From positions 46,418,137 through 46,482,136 of the forward strand of contig NC_057719.1 in assembly GCF_004010195.1 (NCBI RefSeq): 64,000 bases of DNA, written 5' to 3'. A program made the translations under genes and the position numbers. The stretch is from Chiloscyllium plagiosum. Lineage: Eukaryota. The first letter of the stretch is position 1; every line of letters begins with the position of its first letter. Under the pieces are notes generated by a model. The model made no database searches. It was given only the letters and a program-made list of their open reading frames with translations, and had not been told where the DNA came from. Below, in pieces: positions 52,087 to 64,000 of this stretch.

Positions 52087-52558
52087 CCACAATTGGCTGA
52101 AATGGCTGATGTCAATACATGGTCAGCTGACTGCCACGTGCGGGGAGGTGGTGCTTGGAGAGTTGTCATCTTGTGCACACTCTCAGTCACCACGACTCTG
52201 CTTCCGCTTTTCTTGATTAAGTCTTTTGATGTGTTTGTTGCTTTCCTTTTCTATGGATCTTGCTACAGTGCTGCAAGCATTTCAATTATATGAGTGGTCA
52301 GGTTTGGAGAATGCAACCAGTGTCAAGCAATGAACATCAACAGTATATATACTGGAGCATGATATAATGGCAATGTCACATGATTATGTGGAAACAGCTG
52401 GAAGGAAGCAGAGACTGGAACAGAGTCTTGAGAGAATGTGTGTGTGTGTAGATCAAGCTGTAAAGAAAAGATTCTTGCAGAGAGTTCCATGGATTTGAGC
52501 AACAGTACTTTGGATTTAACAGAGTGAGACAATACACAGAACAAAAAAATCTACAAAT

Positions 52559-52805
52559 GATTAGATTTTTTAGATTAGATTACATTACAGTGTGGAAACA
52601 GGCCCTTCGGCCCAACAAGTCCACACCGACCCGCCGAAGCGAAACCCAACCATACCCCTACATTTACCCCTTACCTAACACTACGGGCAATTTAACATGG
52701 CCAATTCACCTGACCCTGCACATCTTTTGGACTGTGGGAGGAAACCGGAGCACCCGGAGGAAACCCACGCAGACACGGGGAGAACGTGCAAACTCCACAC
52801 AGTCA
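52559..52805 (-). mobile_element. Young HE1-type SINE, 5'-truncated
   Basis: CpG-rich copy: ggaaaccggagcacccggaggaaacccacgcagacacgggg. Confidence 0.9.
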
Positions 52806-53119
52806 AATGCCTTACCCTACCAAAAGCATCACTAGCCTTATACAGCTCAGATTACCACAGCTCCATCATTTATCTTTAATAATCTCTGTCAATCAGAGCT
52901 CAAGTGTTTCACTGCAGCCCACACATTGGAACTGCTGAAAGCATACAGTCCCACTTTACAAACTTGCAAACACTTCCAGTTATTCAACCACTGCAGCCAA
53001 TGCATTCCGATTGCAGAACATGCTGTTAGGACATTCAGGTGTGTTTATCCCTCTCTGGTCAGTCCCTGTTGTTTTCAGTTGCTCAGGTATTCTCCTTAAC
53101 ATTGATGGCAAAGGCTATC

Positions 53120-53760
53120 CCCTCATAACGGTAAGACTGCACAGCATCAGTAAATCTTTACAAGTTCTGACTCCCACACTTCTGAACACTGCAGGGCTCC
53201 TCCAGAACAGGCTGGGCATTGTTTCCGCCTGGATCTTCCCCATCACATTCTTTGTGGCCACACAGCTTTTATTGAATGCACAGTGTTCTCATGTGCTTAA
53301 ATTGTGGCCTCGAATTGTCTGCCATTTTCACTGCTGTCTCCCAGTAGTCACCTTTTGGGTTACTAGGTTTGTTCAAATGCAGGTCATACAATGGACCTTT
53401 GCAGATCAAAAGCTACCAGGACACAAAGCATTGATGCACATGATTGTCTGTTCATGGCCACATAACAGCTGAACATTGAAGAAATGGAATTTCTGCAGAT
53501 GCAACATTGGGCAGAGTTGGCGTTTGCACTTAATGTGGATGCTGTCAGTGGCACCCTGAAATGAAATAATGTCTGTATTGCCATCAAGTTTGTGTACTTG
53601 TTCCTTCTGCTTCTCTCATGCAAGGAACATTTTAAGTAGCTAAGTGTCAATACACAGAGTTATCCAGAGAGCATAGAATGTACCAGGGAACTCTCTCATA
53701 TGCTGGTGGATAGCAAGCTATGACATGTGGTGCATCACTCCAGCTAGCCTGCAAGGAACT
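53120..53760 (-). mobile_element. PIF/Harbinger transposase remnant (HARBI1-like)
   Basis: Manual minus-strand translation gives FQGATDSIH, FNVQLLCGHEQTIMCINALCPGS, FNKSCVATKNV and SGGALQ. Confidence 0.7.
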
Positions 53761-56519
53761 AGACAGATGAAAATACATCACTACAGTTACCTGCACAGCT
53801 ACTAGCAATGCAGTACATGCTCTATTCTAGAATTGCAGCTGTAGCTGATGGAAGATTTCAGCGAGGATATAATTAATGAAGCAAAGATATTTATACATGG
53901 TTGCTTGCTGAGTTTCAAGTAGGACAATTGATTCCTGAATGAACTGGGCATATGTGATTTTCTGTAGAGAGCCCTTGTTTTGCTCTTCTAGCAGTTTGGC
54001 CTGGACTGTGCTGCCACTGTTCTTTTTTCAAGTCTTGCTACAACCTCAGGGGAATGATTACTTTTGTTCCCATGTCTGGGAGCAACTGATTTGTACTGGC
54101 GCCCTGAAATCAGCAAAAACTCCTTAAGCACCGTGCAGACCTCTCCCTATAGACTTTACTAACTTTATATATCCAATAAAAACACTCAAAACCTGTTAGA
54201 CTGAAGCAATGAGCATCTAGGCTATAAATTATTAGGTATCTATTAAAGTCATGCTTCTGGGAGATCCTCCTGCTACAGAGCACCTGATCTGATGTGTGAG
54301 GTTAGGGCAGGATGTTCACTGGAGTCTTGAGCTCCAGAATGATGGCAGTGGTGTTGATCAGTGGTGTACACTGAGTGTCCAGCTCAGTGTCCTTCCAACA
54401 GCCATTCAGTGCATAAGCACTAATGCTATCACTATGCAGTGTCCAGTGTGATTTGCGCCATGCATGCTGTGATCCTCTTTCAGACATTAAACAGCATCAG
54501 TAACATCCAAACAAGAGACAAACCAATTCAAGTTTCCCATTGATCATCTTGCACTATTTTGCAATACATAAAAGCGAACCTCAAACAGAACAGGGAAAGC
54601 TTACTGAATAATTACTTGCGGTAGATAATAAAAACTGACAGCTATGAGAACAAATGGAGTTGCTTGTTACATATGAAAGCTAAGTATTTAACAGAGTTGC
54701 TTTAACAAGAAAGAAACGTCATTCTGTAATGACTCCTGTGTGGAGTTCCATTTAAAGAATGTGGTCAAGCTAGTGGTTGGGTCAAACAATATTTTAGTTG
54801 TAAAAATGTATGATTGTTGGGCATTATGGGACATTTTGAGAAATATCAACTAGTTTCTTTTTATACTGTATTTACCAACATGTTGCATGTGCTAGTGCCA
54901 TTAAACCTCTTTGTGAATCCCCCTTCTTGGCAACTATGCCTACAGCATCTACAAGGCTCATATCCAGCACATACTCCAGATGTTTTTCTCTAATTATATC
55001 AAAGGTTCAAGAAAAAACACCAAGAAAAGGAATGAAAGGCCTTGCATGCTTATACTTCATGGAGCTCAGTGGGGCTTATAATCCAGTTAACTGAAAAATT
55101 CTTACTGAAAATTTGAATCTGCCATGGCAATTATTCAGCTCTGTAAGACCTGGCTGAAAACATCTGTTTTATTTTTTCAACACATCTGGAGTTCAGTAAA
55201 GTTGTATCCACCCAGTGAACTTCCAGATACCTTAATCAATTCTGGAGAAAACAACAGCAAAGTCCACAGTTACATCGAGTGTTAGATGGGCCGAGATGGC
55301 TGATTAAAAACAAGATTTCATCTTGTGCAACACTGAATGGACCTAGCTGGAGTGCTAGTTCTCTACAAGATAATATTGGGAGGAACATTACAATTTGTTA
55401 CTATTTAACAACAACAGCTGTATTACAGATTCTATGCCAGCTTAAATCTCAATAGAGGTTACTAACAGTGATGCTCCTCACAGTGTTTCACCTGCTTATG
55501 AAACCCTTTCCAATGCAGCATTGCCACCTGATTCCATTATAGGTCAAAGTCCAAATAAGAAAGTCCAAAGTCCATTGCTGTGCAATCAAGGTTCCTGGAG
55601 CATGTCATAGGCTGTTAGAAACGTCTGCCTTGCAGTTGGTGTGTCAGGTCTCTCTGCTGTCAGACACAAATTCACAAGCCACTCATCCCCAGTTACACAC
55701 AGTTACTCCCAGTTGCAATTTAATAGTAAAAAGTGATGCAATTTTGTCAACATTCTTTTACCAATGCCTTCTCAGGTGTAGAGAATATTTGCAGGAATTG
55801 ATGTGCCAAGACTAACATCATGTCTGACACTTTAGAATGTGTGGAAAGCAAAAGATTTTTCACTTATTAGTCTGAAACTGAAAACTAACCCTGAATTTGA
55901 GCTGAGGTTTGCAGTTTTTGAAATGCTTATTCACAATCATTAATTATGACTATTTATGCTACTAACTAATTTTCAAGAACTCTTCAAGTTAATCTGATCT
56001 CAACCAGGGCAGAAGTTTGCTACTATAAGTATACATTTATATTCATGAGTTTACTACCCAGTGATCAGAAGGTAGTGGGAAAGATAATCCAGAATTCCTG
56101 TTCCTGATCACAATCCAGTGATTCCTGCTGGAAAATGTGCATGAATGGACAGCAGATGTGAGTACAATCAAGCTCAACACTGTTCCTTTCCAGAGTGAAA
56201 TAGTCTGTTGACAAGCATTGTCATGGAGTGTACATGAAGAATAGATGAGATGTTGGTGCATAGAACTGTATCCAAGTAAGTGGCAGGACCTCCCAGGTCA
56301 GGTCGAGGGGTAAGGTAGGATCTGTGAGAGGAATGGGCAGTGGGAGTGGAAGGACCTTCATCCACTTTTCACCAATGAGTCGGCTTAATCCAAAATTCAC
56401 AGCAACCGACTGTGGATGTTTCATCCTTGTGGCCTCCCTGAGCACAATTGACAATTTAGATCTTGCGTCAAATTCGAGAAGTTGACTTGAGAGCAAGGAG
56501 CTGGATAACATTGATTGGG

Positions 56520-58200
56520 CAAAGGCACTAAAGATTTGGTGGCAAATGATTTGAGGGAAAGCCTTAATGCAACGATTTCAAATGTTTAGCAAAAACACAT
56601 TTTTATTAAATACAAAAATAAACCAAAAATATGTACAAACATTCATTAAAAAGTAAGAAACTCAGCAAGCAAGACCCATTTATGGTTCACTCAGGAAGTT
56701 AAGAACAGCATTAGGTTAAAAGAATCAGATTAAAATGCTGCAAATAAAAGCGGGAAGCCTGAGGAGTAGGAATGTTTTAGGAACCAGAAAAGGGCTACCA
56801 AAACTGAAAAGAAAAGTAGGTCAACCAGCCAGGAATATAACATCATATTGTAAGAGGTTTAACAAATATTTAAAAAGGAGAGCAACTTTAGGAGCAGAGA
56901 CAGAAGAAATTATCATGAGGAAATGGCAAAGACCCTGAATAACATGAACCATCTACCTTCACACAGTTGTGAAGGGGATTCAAAGAAATGAAGAAATGAA
57001 AGCACCACATATTAGCAGAGCAAACTTGTTTCCAGGGCCTGAGGATTTACAGGGCAATGGAAGAGATGGCTGTGAAGATAATGGATGTGTAGGTTATAAT
57101 ATTCCAAAACCTGCTAGGTTCCAAAACATCCCAGCAGACTGGAAATTAGTAAATGAAATAAAGTTATTCAAGAGAGGAAGGAGAGAGAAAATGAGAACTG
57201 CAAGCCAGAAAGCATAATAACAGTTGTGGGGAAAAGCTGTGAAATATTGTTATGGAAGTGTTAAAATGTTTCAGAAAAGATCACGTTCAGACAAGTAAAT
57301 GTGGTTTTGAGAAAAGGAAATCATGCTTGACAAGCTTTTTAAGAGTTTGTTCAGGATGCAATAATAGGGTCAATAAATGAGAGCCAACAGATGTTTTATA
57401 CTAGAATTTTGAAATGTATTTCCACACAAATGTTAAGGCACAAAATACAATCTTATGGACTTAGGATAAAACTTATAAATGCTGATGTTCAGAAGGACTT
57501 GGATGTACTCATACAAGGAAAACAGGAAGTTGGTATACATGTATAACAGGGAATTAAGAGGGCAAATGGAATTTTAGCCTATATTTTAAAGGGATTAAAG
57601 CACAAGAATAAGAACTCTGGCACAATTTTATGGGGCTTTGGTGATACCATACTTGGAATACTGTGTGCTGCTTTAGTCTCTATATTTAAGGATGGATATA
57701 CCTGCATTAGAGGTGACATAGCGAACGTACAGTAGGTTAGTTTCTGGCATGAGGCTGTCCTATGAATTGAACCGTGTAAATCAAGTTTATATTGTCTGGA
57801 GATGAGAAGATTGAAAAATGATCTCACTGAAATATATAGAACTCTGAATGGGCTTAACAGGTAGATACTGAGATGTCGTTTCCCCTCACTGGGGAGTCTA
57901 GAACTTAGGAACACAGTTTCAGGATAACAGCCAATCCAATTAGAACTGAGATAAAGAGAACTTTTTTCACTCAAAATGTTGTTAGTTTTTGGATTCTTCT
58001 ATCCCAATGACTGGTGGATGCTCCATTATTGAATAGAAAGCTGAGATGGACAGATATTTGGTTTTTCAGGGAATCACGAGGTATGAGAAGTTGGCGAGAA
58101 GCCTGGTTTGCATCTCAAAAACCTGCAGGAAGCTGGAGTTGAGCCATAATCTTACTGAATGATAGAGCAGATCTGAGGGGCCAAATTGTTTATGCCTACT
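56520..58200 (+). mobile_element. Old, deleted CR1 LINE
   Basis: IPADWKLVNEIKLFKRGRREK, KGKSCLTS and RRLKNDLTEIY, plus a decayed 3' UTR. Confidence 0.75.
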
Positions 58201-60469
58201 ACAGCTGATTATGTTTTGCACCTTTGATGAAAATAAACTCTCTCCCCATTGTGTCAATGCATTTCACTGTAGTACCATATAGCTGGCAAACATGAAAGGT
58301 GGTCCTTATCATTGAGAATTAGGAGTTCGATCTGATATTCCAGAAAAACTGTCATGTTAACTCACTGCAACAACTGGCTCATAAATATAATTATTTAACA
58401 TTATATTATTTTGAGACTGTAAAGTTAATCTTTAAAGCTTTAATCCTAACGAATCACATCTATATATATATGGCACCATACACTCCACCCAATTGTAATA
58501 TTGTACTTCAGCTAGTGGTCAGGATTCAGCTTTGTCAATTAAACCCCGAGCTAGTGGCCAATGCTTGACTTTCTCCCCAGCAATCAGCTGGGAAAGTGCT
58601 TGTGTTGCTGACAATATACACATGTGATATCAGTTTCCAACATTTGGAACATGCACAACCAATCAGCAGCAGAGCCCTAGAGGCTTCTGTGGAATTCTGG
58701 GAAGAAATCTTGATCTTCTTAGGAAAGGTTCGCTGGTACTGACATAAGATGCACTTGACTTGTGACCTTGATTTCAAAGGCACCTGTGTGTGCTTTTAAA
58801 ATCTGCTTTGACCAATTATCCACTTTTAGCGTAAATTGTTTAAACCCTGGAACACATTAACTAGGCTTAGTACACAGCCATGTCATTCTGGACTTCCTGA
58901 TGTAAAGAGATCTCTTAACATGGTTAAAAGAGAATGTGGGGATGAGGCATGAGATTAATCGGTTTTCCCGACTGACAGCTTCAGACAAAGCAATCTTTCA
59001 GCCACCTGGTTTGCATCTCCCACACCTGCAGTGAAATAGTGGACTGATTCTTTGTACTGTTGCCTTGATCCTTCCACTTACAGGTACATTAAATTCCTTT
59101 AAAGTATTGCCTGCAGTCGTAAGCACCTCAGTGAATTGTGAACTAAATAAGAGCTTTTCAAGTTTATCTTCAGATACAGCTCTGCAGCATGCAAGTAAAA
59201 TACTTAAAGTTAAGATAAGTAGCACGTCTTTCTGTGAGCTATACATCTCCAAATTATGCTCAATTTACCTGAGCATGCTCTGCGATCATCCACATATTTT
59301 TATTCCATTATTTTTCACATTAGCTACCACAAAGGGATTTAAAAACTTGTTTGAATAATATGAGTGAATAAGCAAAATTCACTAAAAAATGCTTGTGACA
59401 TGGATTTCAATGTAACTGCTAATATTTCTGCTATGAAAATCAAACCATACTAAGGTTAGAAAATTGTTGTGAATTCAAGCCACAATATTATTTACATTAA
59501 TCCATCTTTTAATTTAAGAATATATAAACTGAAGTTTGAATCTTACAAAAGTTCCACAAAGTGCTGTTGTTCTTCTAGAAGTTGATTTTGATTACTCGAG
59601 AAATGGCTGACTTTTGTTGGTTTTTATTTTTTCAGAAGTGAGAGCAGAAATGGTTCTCCTGGCTCCACAAACGTGCTGTGCTCTGCTGCTAGCTACTTGA
59701 TGCCCTCCCTGGTCTACAACTCCCCTGCCTCTCACCCTTTACACCCAACACTTGCTTCATTACTGCCCCGCTGGCTTGGGTCAGCTCTCCTAAGCAGCCA
59801 CTGAACTTCCAGTTGCTGGTGCAGTGAGTTGCCGGCCCATGAAACATGTGGGAGCCTGCTAATGAGGTCAGTACCTGAAAATGGTTCAGCTTTAAGTGAG
59901 CAGAGAGGTCGCTCCATTGAGTTCACATCCCATTCTGACAGATGTTAAACATTGCTCCCTTGATACTTAGCACATGAACTAAGTTCTCAATACATCTGAT
60001 CAATGTCCTCTTTGTTCACAGTACACTAACCTGATTTTTACAGTCTTATGTCATGACAGGACTTAATTAATTAAAGCTTTCAAAATTCAGTGACGTGTAC
60101 TAGAAATCTGAAAATGAATATTAAACTCCCAGATAGTTCAATCAGATGTACTGAAGAAAGGATTGACCTGAAAACTTCACGATAATGGCACTAATTCAAA
60201 AGCCCCAGATGAATATGTTAATATTCTAGATTACAAACGTTGGGTCAGTATAAAGTTAATGCTGTATGAATTATTGTTATTTTTGCTTGACTCTGTCTTC
60301 TCTACTGAGCTTAATTAATTCAAACAACAAATGCAACACCAATTTGCATTCTTATAGCAACTTTAACAGTGAAATGTTTGGTGGTGTTTCACAGGTGAAT
60401 AATTAGACAAAGTTGACAAATAAAATTTTAGGCATGCTTGATTTAAGACTGTGATAAATGAAAAGTCCT

Positions 60470-60880
60470 GGTGGAACCCAAACTGTAAATCTGTGAGCAG
60501 GCTACTGGTGAGTAATGCTACTTGAAATAGTGTTGACAATATCTCTATCACTTTGCTGATGATTGAGAGTAGACAAATGGGATGGTATATGAGTGAGATT
60601 GGATTTGATATGTTCTTTTTGGGAGTACATATCCAGGTAATTTTACACATTGTCAGGTGGATGCCAGCATTGCACTGGAACACTTTATTTAGGGAGTGGC
60701 TTGTTTCTGGGGCACAGATCTTCGGTATCACTGCAAGAATGTTGTAAGGCCACATAGTCAATTCTATATCCAATGCCTTCAGCTGTTTATTGCTTTCTAA
60801 TGCATTGAATCAAATTGACTGAAGACTGGCACTTTGTTATTGGGGACTTCAGGAGATGGTTAAGATGGATCATCCAGTCT
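60470..60880 (-). mobile_element. Older LINE RT fragment, same family as 19810-20870
   Basis: ORF 60363..60773 contains IPKICAPE...YHPICLLSIISKVIE...LLTDLQFGFHQ. Confidence 0.7.
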
Positions 60881-60949
60881 GATGTATTGGGTGACACTAT
60901 CACTGAGGATGGGGATGTTTATACTCCACTCAAGCCTCCTCCCAACATT

Positions 60950-61545
60950 TTGTGCCTATCTAGATCAGCATAACTCTATATTCCATGCTCCATCCACTGT
61001 TTATCTAGCCTCTTCCTGAATGTATCTTATACTATGTGTCTCAACAGCACACTGTGATTCTAAGTCCCACATCCTCACTAATCTCTAGTTAATGATGTTT
61101 CATTGGGATTTCCTATTTAATTCCTTTGTGACTATTTTATATTAATGGCCTCTAATTATTACCTTCTACACAAGTGTAAACATTCCCTCTGTACTGAATT
61201 TTTAAGACTTCCATTAAGTCATCATTAAACCATCTCCTTTGAAGAAAAGGAAAGCAGACCTGCTCATCCCTTCCTGACAATTATAACATTGTAGCTCGAT
61301 AAATCTTTTTGCACTCTTTCCAATGTCTCTCCATCTTTTTCGCAATGCTCCAAATGTTATCTTAACCAAGGTTTGAAACAAGCTTAGCATAACCATTCAA
61401 CTCCATTCCTCTAGAAATCATTCCTCATGCTTTACTTGCCTTTCTTAAATGACCTTAAAACCCGTAAAATAATTTTTATTGATTTATGCATTTCCCTCTT
61501 TGTTCCTAAACCAACATGTCCTCCTTATTTTTCATGCCAAAGTGT
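60950..61545 (-). mobile_element. Old CR1-type LINE 3' fragment, followed by a PLE family D fragment (about 61548-61675, plus strand)
   Basis: MLSLFQTLVK..GKSAKRF; ccgaagaagagacatattggacttgaaatgtt decayed hammerhead, then cagatgctgccagacctg. Confidence 0.55.
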
Positions 61546-61929
61546 AAAGTCTCCGAAGAAGAGACATATTGGACTTGAAATGTTAGCTGTTTCTCTCTTT
61601 GCAGATGCTGCCAGACCTGTTGAGTTTTGACAACATTTTGTTTTTATTTCAGATCTCCAACATTTGCAGTATTGTACTTTATAAAATCTCACTCTTATTT
61701 ATGCTGAAATTCATCTATCAATTATTTTTTCCATTATGCAAGTTTATTAATGTTTATAATTGGTAGTAATCTGCTATATTCTTGATAACCAATTGATATG
61801 AAAGAATCAGATTGAATCATTTTATTCACAGAGTGATCAGGTGTACATCTACTGACTCCACTCCTGTATTAGTAAATGGCATTTTTATATTAACTGTTCA
61901 AAACTATTAGTACACAATTCTAGAGCAGG

Positions 61930-62210
61930 TGGGATGTAGATTTTGCTGGTTAGGCCAGCATTTATTCCCCAGAGAGCAGTTAGAGGTCAATCAGAGTCTG
62001 GAATGACATGTTGGTCAGGCCAGGTAAGGATGGCAGTTTCCTTCCCTGAAGGACAGTCGTGAACCAGACAGTTTTTCCAACAATTGGCAATGGTTTCATG
62101 GTCATCATTAGACTCTTAACTCCAGATTTTTATTGAATTCAAATTCCACCACCCTGCCATGGCAGGATTCAAACCCAGGTCCCCAGAACATTACCTGGGT
62201 TTCTGGAGTG
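61930..62210 (-). mobile_element. tRNA-derived SINE with a LINE-derived tail
   Basis: Minus strand has a B-box-like ggggacctgggtttgaatcctgcc and a tail aataaatgctggcctaaccagc shared with the LINE end near 1860-1885. Confidence 0.7.
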
Positions 62211-62592
62211 ATAGTATTCAGAATCCACTTCAACCTCAGCTAATCCATCGATAGCCAGTTTAAACTGTTAATCAAACTGCCCCAGCTGAATTCGGGATAA
62301 TGCAAGTCCTACCTCTTCCCCCATCAGAAGAAACTGGGGTTTGGAAACGGGGATGGAACATCCACATCTTGCTCCCGTCCCCATTTTTAAAGGTCCAGGA
62401 GTCTTCTCAAATCTGTGAAAATTTGATCAATGATGCCCCACAATGTTTCTTCAAATTGTCACGGAAGACAAAGGGATTTTTGCCAAAACTGAGGCCAAAC
62501 TGTATAATACCACAATTTATCCTTCCTGTGAGAAATATTAGAAAGTAATATGAGCTCAGCACAGTGATTTCTACAACTGATAGGTACTCAAT

Positions 62593-63590
62593 TGTTCCTT
62601 TTCTACAATTTGATAGGTAGCTGGAGGGGTTCCCTGGTCACGTACTAAACGAGGAACCTAAATAAGTCATTAATGCACAACTAAAGACCACTTCCTGCTG
62701 CCTCATTGATATAACAGGCTCCCAGTGTGCAGCTGGATAGGTTATAACTCAACAGGTCACTGCTCACTGGAAGGGAGCATGGATCCTTCCCATGATCCCA
62801 GTGTCAATTGGAAGCCCGGGTTTAAAAATTTCAACCTAACTAAATGTTGGGTCTGGCATGAAGAGATCAAGCGAGAACATAAGGAGAGTGTGAATATAAA
62901 ATTTCAAAGTTTCAAGAGTGAGGAACTGCAAATCCTTTCTGGAAAGGAATAAAAGGGATATTTCCAGACGTGCAAGAAATTTAAAAGTAAAGAATCTCTT
63001 GTGAGGGATACATGTAACCTAGAGTAAAGCAATAGGCATTGGCTGGACTTTAGACTGGGGCATATTCCCCACACCCCGGTGTAAATTACTGCTTTCACTC
63101 AGCCAGCTCTACTCGAGTTAATTTTTCAGGCATTGGCCCTTAAATTAGTGTGAGGCAGGATGTCCATTCATTTCCAGAAGGAAGTACCAATCAGAAAGTG
63201 GCAGTATCAGGCAGGAGGAGTAGACACTGCCGATAGGCTGAAGAGGTTGATCTCCAGCAATGGACTTGGACATTCAGTTAAGACTGAGATCTCACTGGGT
63301 TCAGGCTGCATACAGAGTAGGACAAGGGTGAGGGGTAGACTTGGGAAGGAAAAACCATGTGACCCGGGCTTCCAATTGACACTGGGATCATGGGAAGGAT
63401 CCATGCTCCCTTCCAGTGAGCAGTGACCTGTTGAGTTATAACCTATCCAGCTGCACTCTGGGAGCCTGTTATATCAATGAGGCAGCAGGAAGTGGTCTTT
63501 AGTTGTGCATTAATGACTTATTTAGGTTCCTCGTTTAGTACGTGACCAGGGAACCCCTCCAGCTACCTATCAAATTGTAGAAAAGGAACA
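62593..63590. repeat. Inverted duplication, 229-bp arms (62593-62821 and 63362-63590) with a 540-bp spacer
   Basis: Arms are reverse complements with a single mismatch (cagtgtgc vs cagagtgc). Confidence 0.97.
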
Positions 63591-64000
63591 GTTGGGTTGG
63601 TGTGGGTGAAGATGCTGCTAAGGTTAATATGCCCTCATTCATGGGTTATTTGCCCACCAAGGGAGATGCACACAATTCAGCCCAATGTTTTGGCTGTTAT
63701 GTTGCAGTGGTAGTGTCCTTACTTCTGAGCCAGGCAGCCCAGGTTCAAGTGCCATCTGTTCTAGTGGTTTGTAATAACATCTCTGAACAGGTTGATTCAA
63801 AAATACTTTTTTTCTAACTGGCTGGTCCATACTGACTTGCATTCAAGTGGACGCTGGCTCAAATTTTATCCTGTTTCAAGAATTTTACAGATTGCCAACA
63901 AAATCAAGTCTGCCAGAATCTGCATCATTTTATATAAGAGTTTGTATAATTTTTCTTGTCACAGTGGACTTGGATATTGATGGAAAATGGATGCACTTGA

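Noticed and set aside
53011..53472. 153-aa plus-strand ORF
   Set aside because: It lies antisense to a decayed Harbinger transposase and shows no independent coding signal.

Overview
This is AT-rich, CpG-depleted vertebrate non-coding DNA. The repeat content (HE1-type tRNA SINEs, their partner CR1 LINEs and Deu-domain SINEs) suggests a shark, probably a carpet or bamboo shark; that is an inference. I found no intact host protein-coding gene, and nearly all ORFs in the track are fragments of decayed transposons or noise. The window is an intronic or intergenic transposon graveyard. It holds CR1 and other LINE fragments, SINEs, a dead hAT transposase, Harbinger and Gypsy remnants, and many Penelope-like element (PLE) pseudo-LTR fragments from at least four sequence families. 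The PLE fragments carry minimal type I hammerhead ribozyme cores (CUGANGA...GAAA), often form fold-back insertions, and several have 8-15 bp target-site duplications (TSDs). The least ordinary feature is a set of local inverted duplications whose arms are unrelated to each other: 17654-18879, 62593-63590, 21571-24744 and 9571-9937. The two large ones show junction features consistent with template switching. Boundaries of old repeats were read by eye and are approximate.
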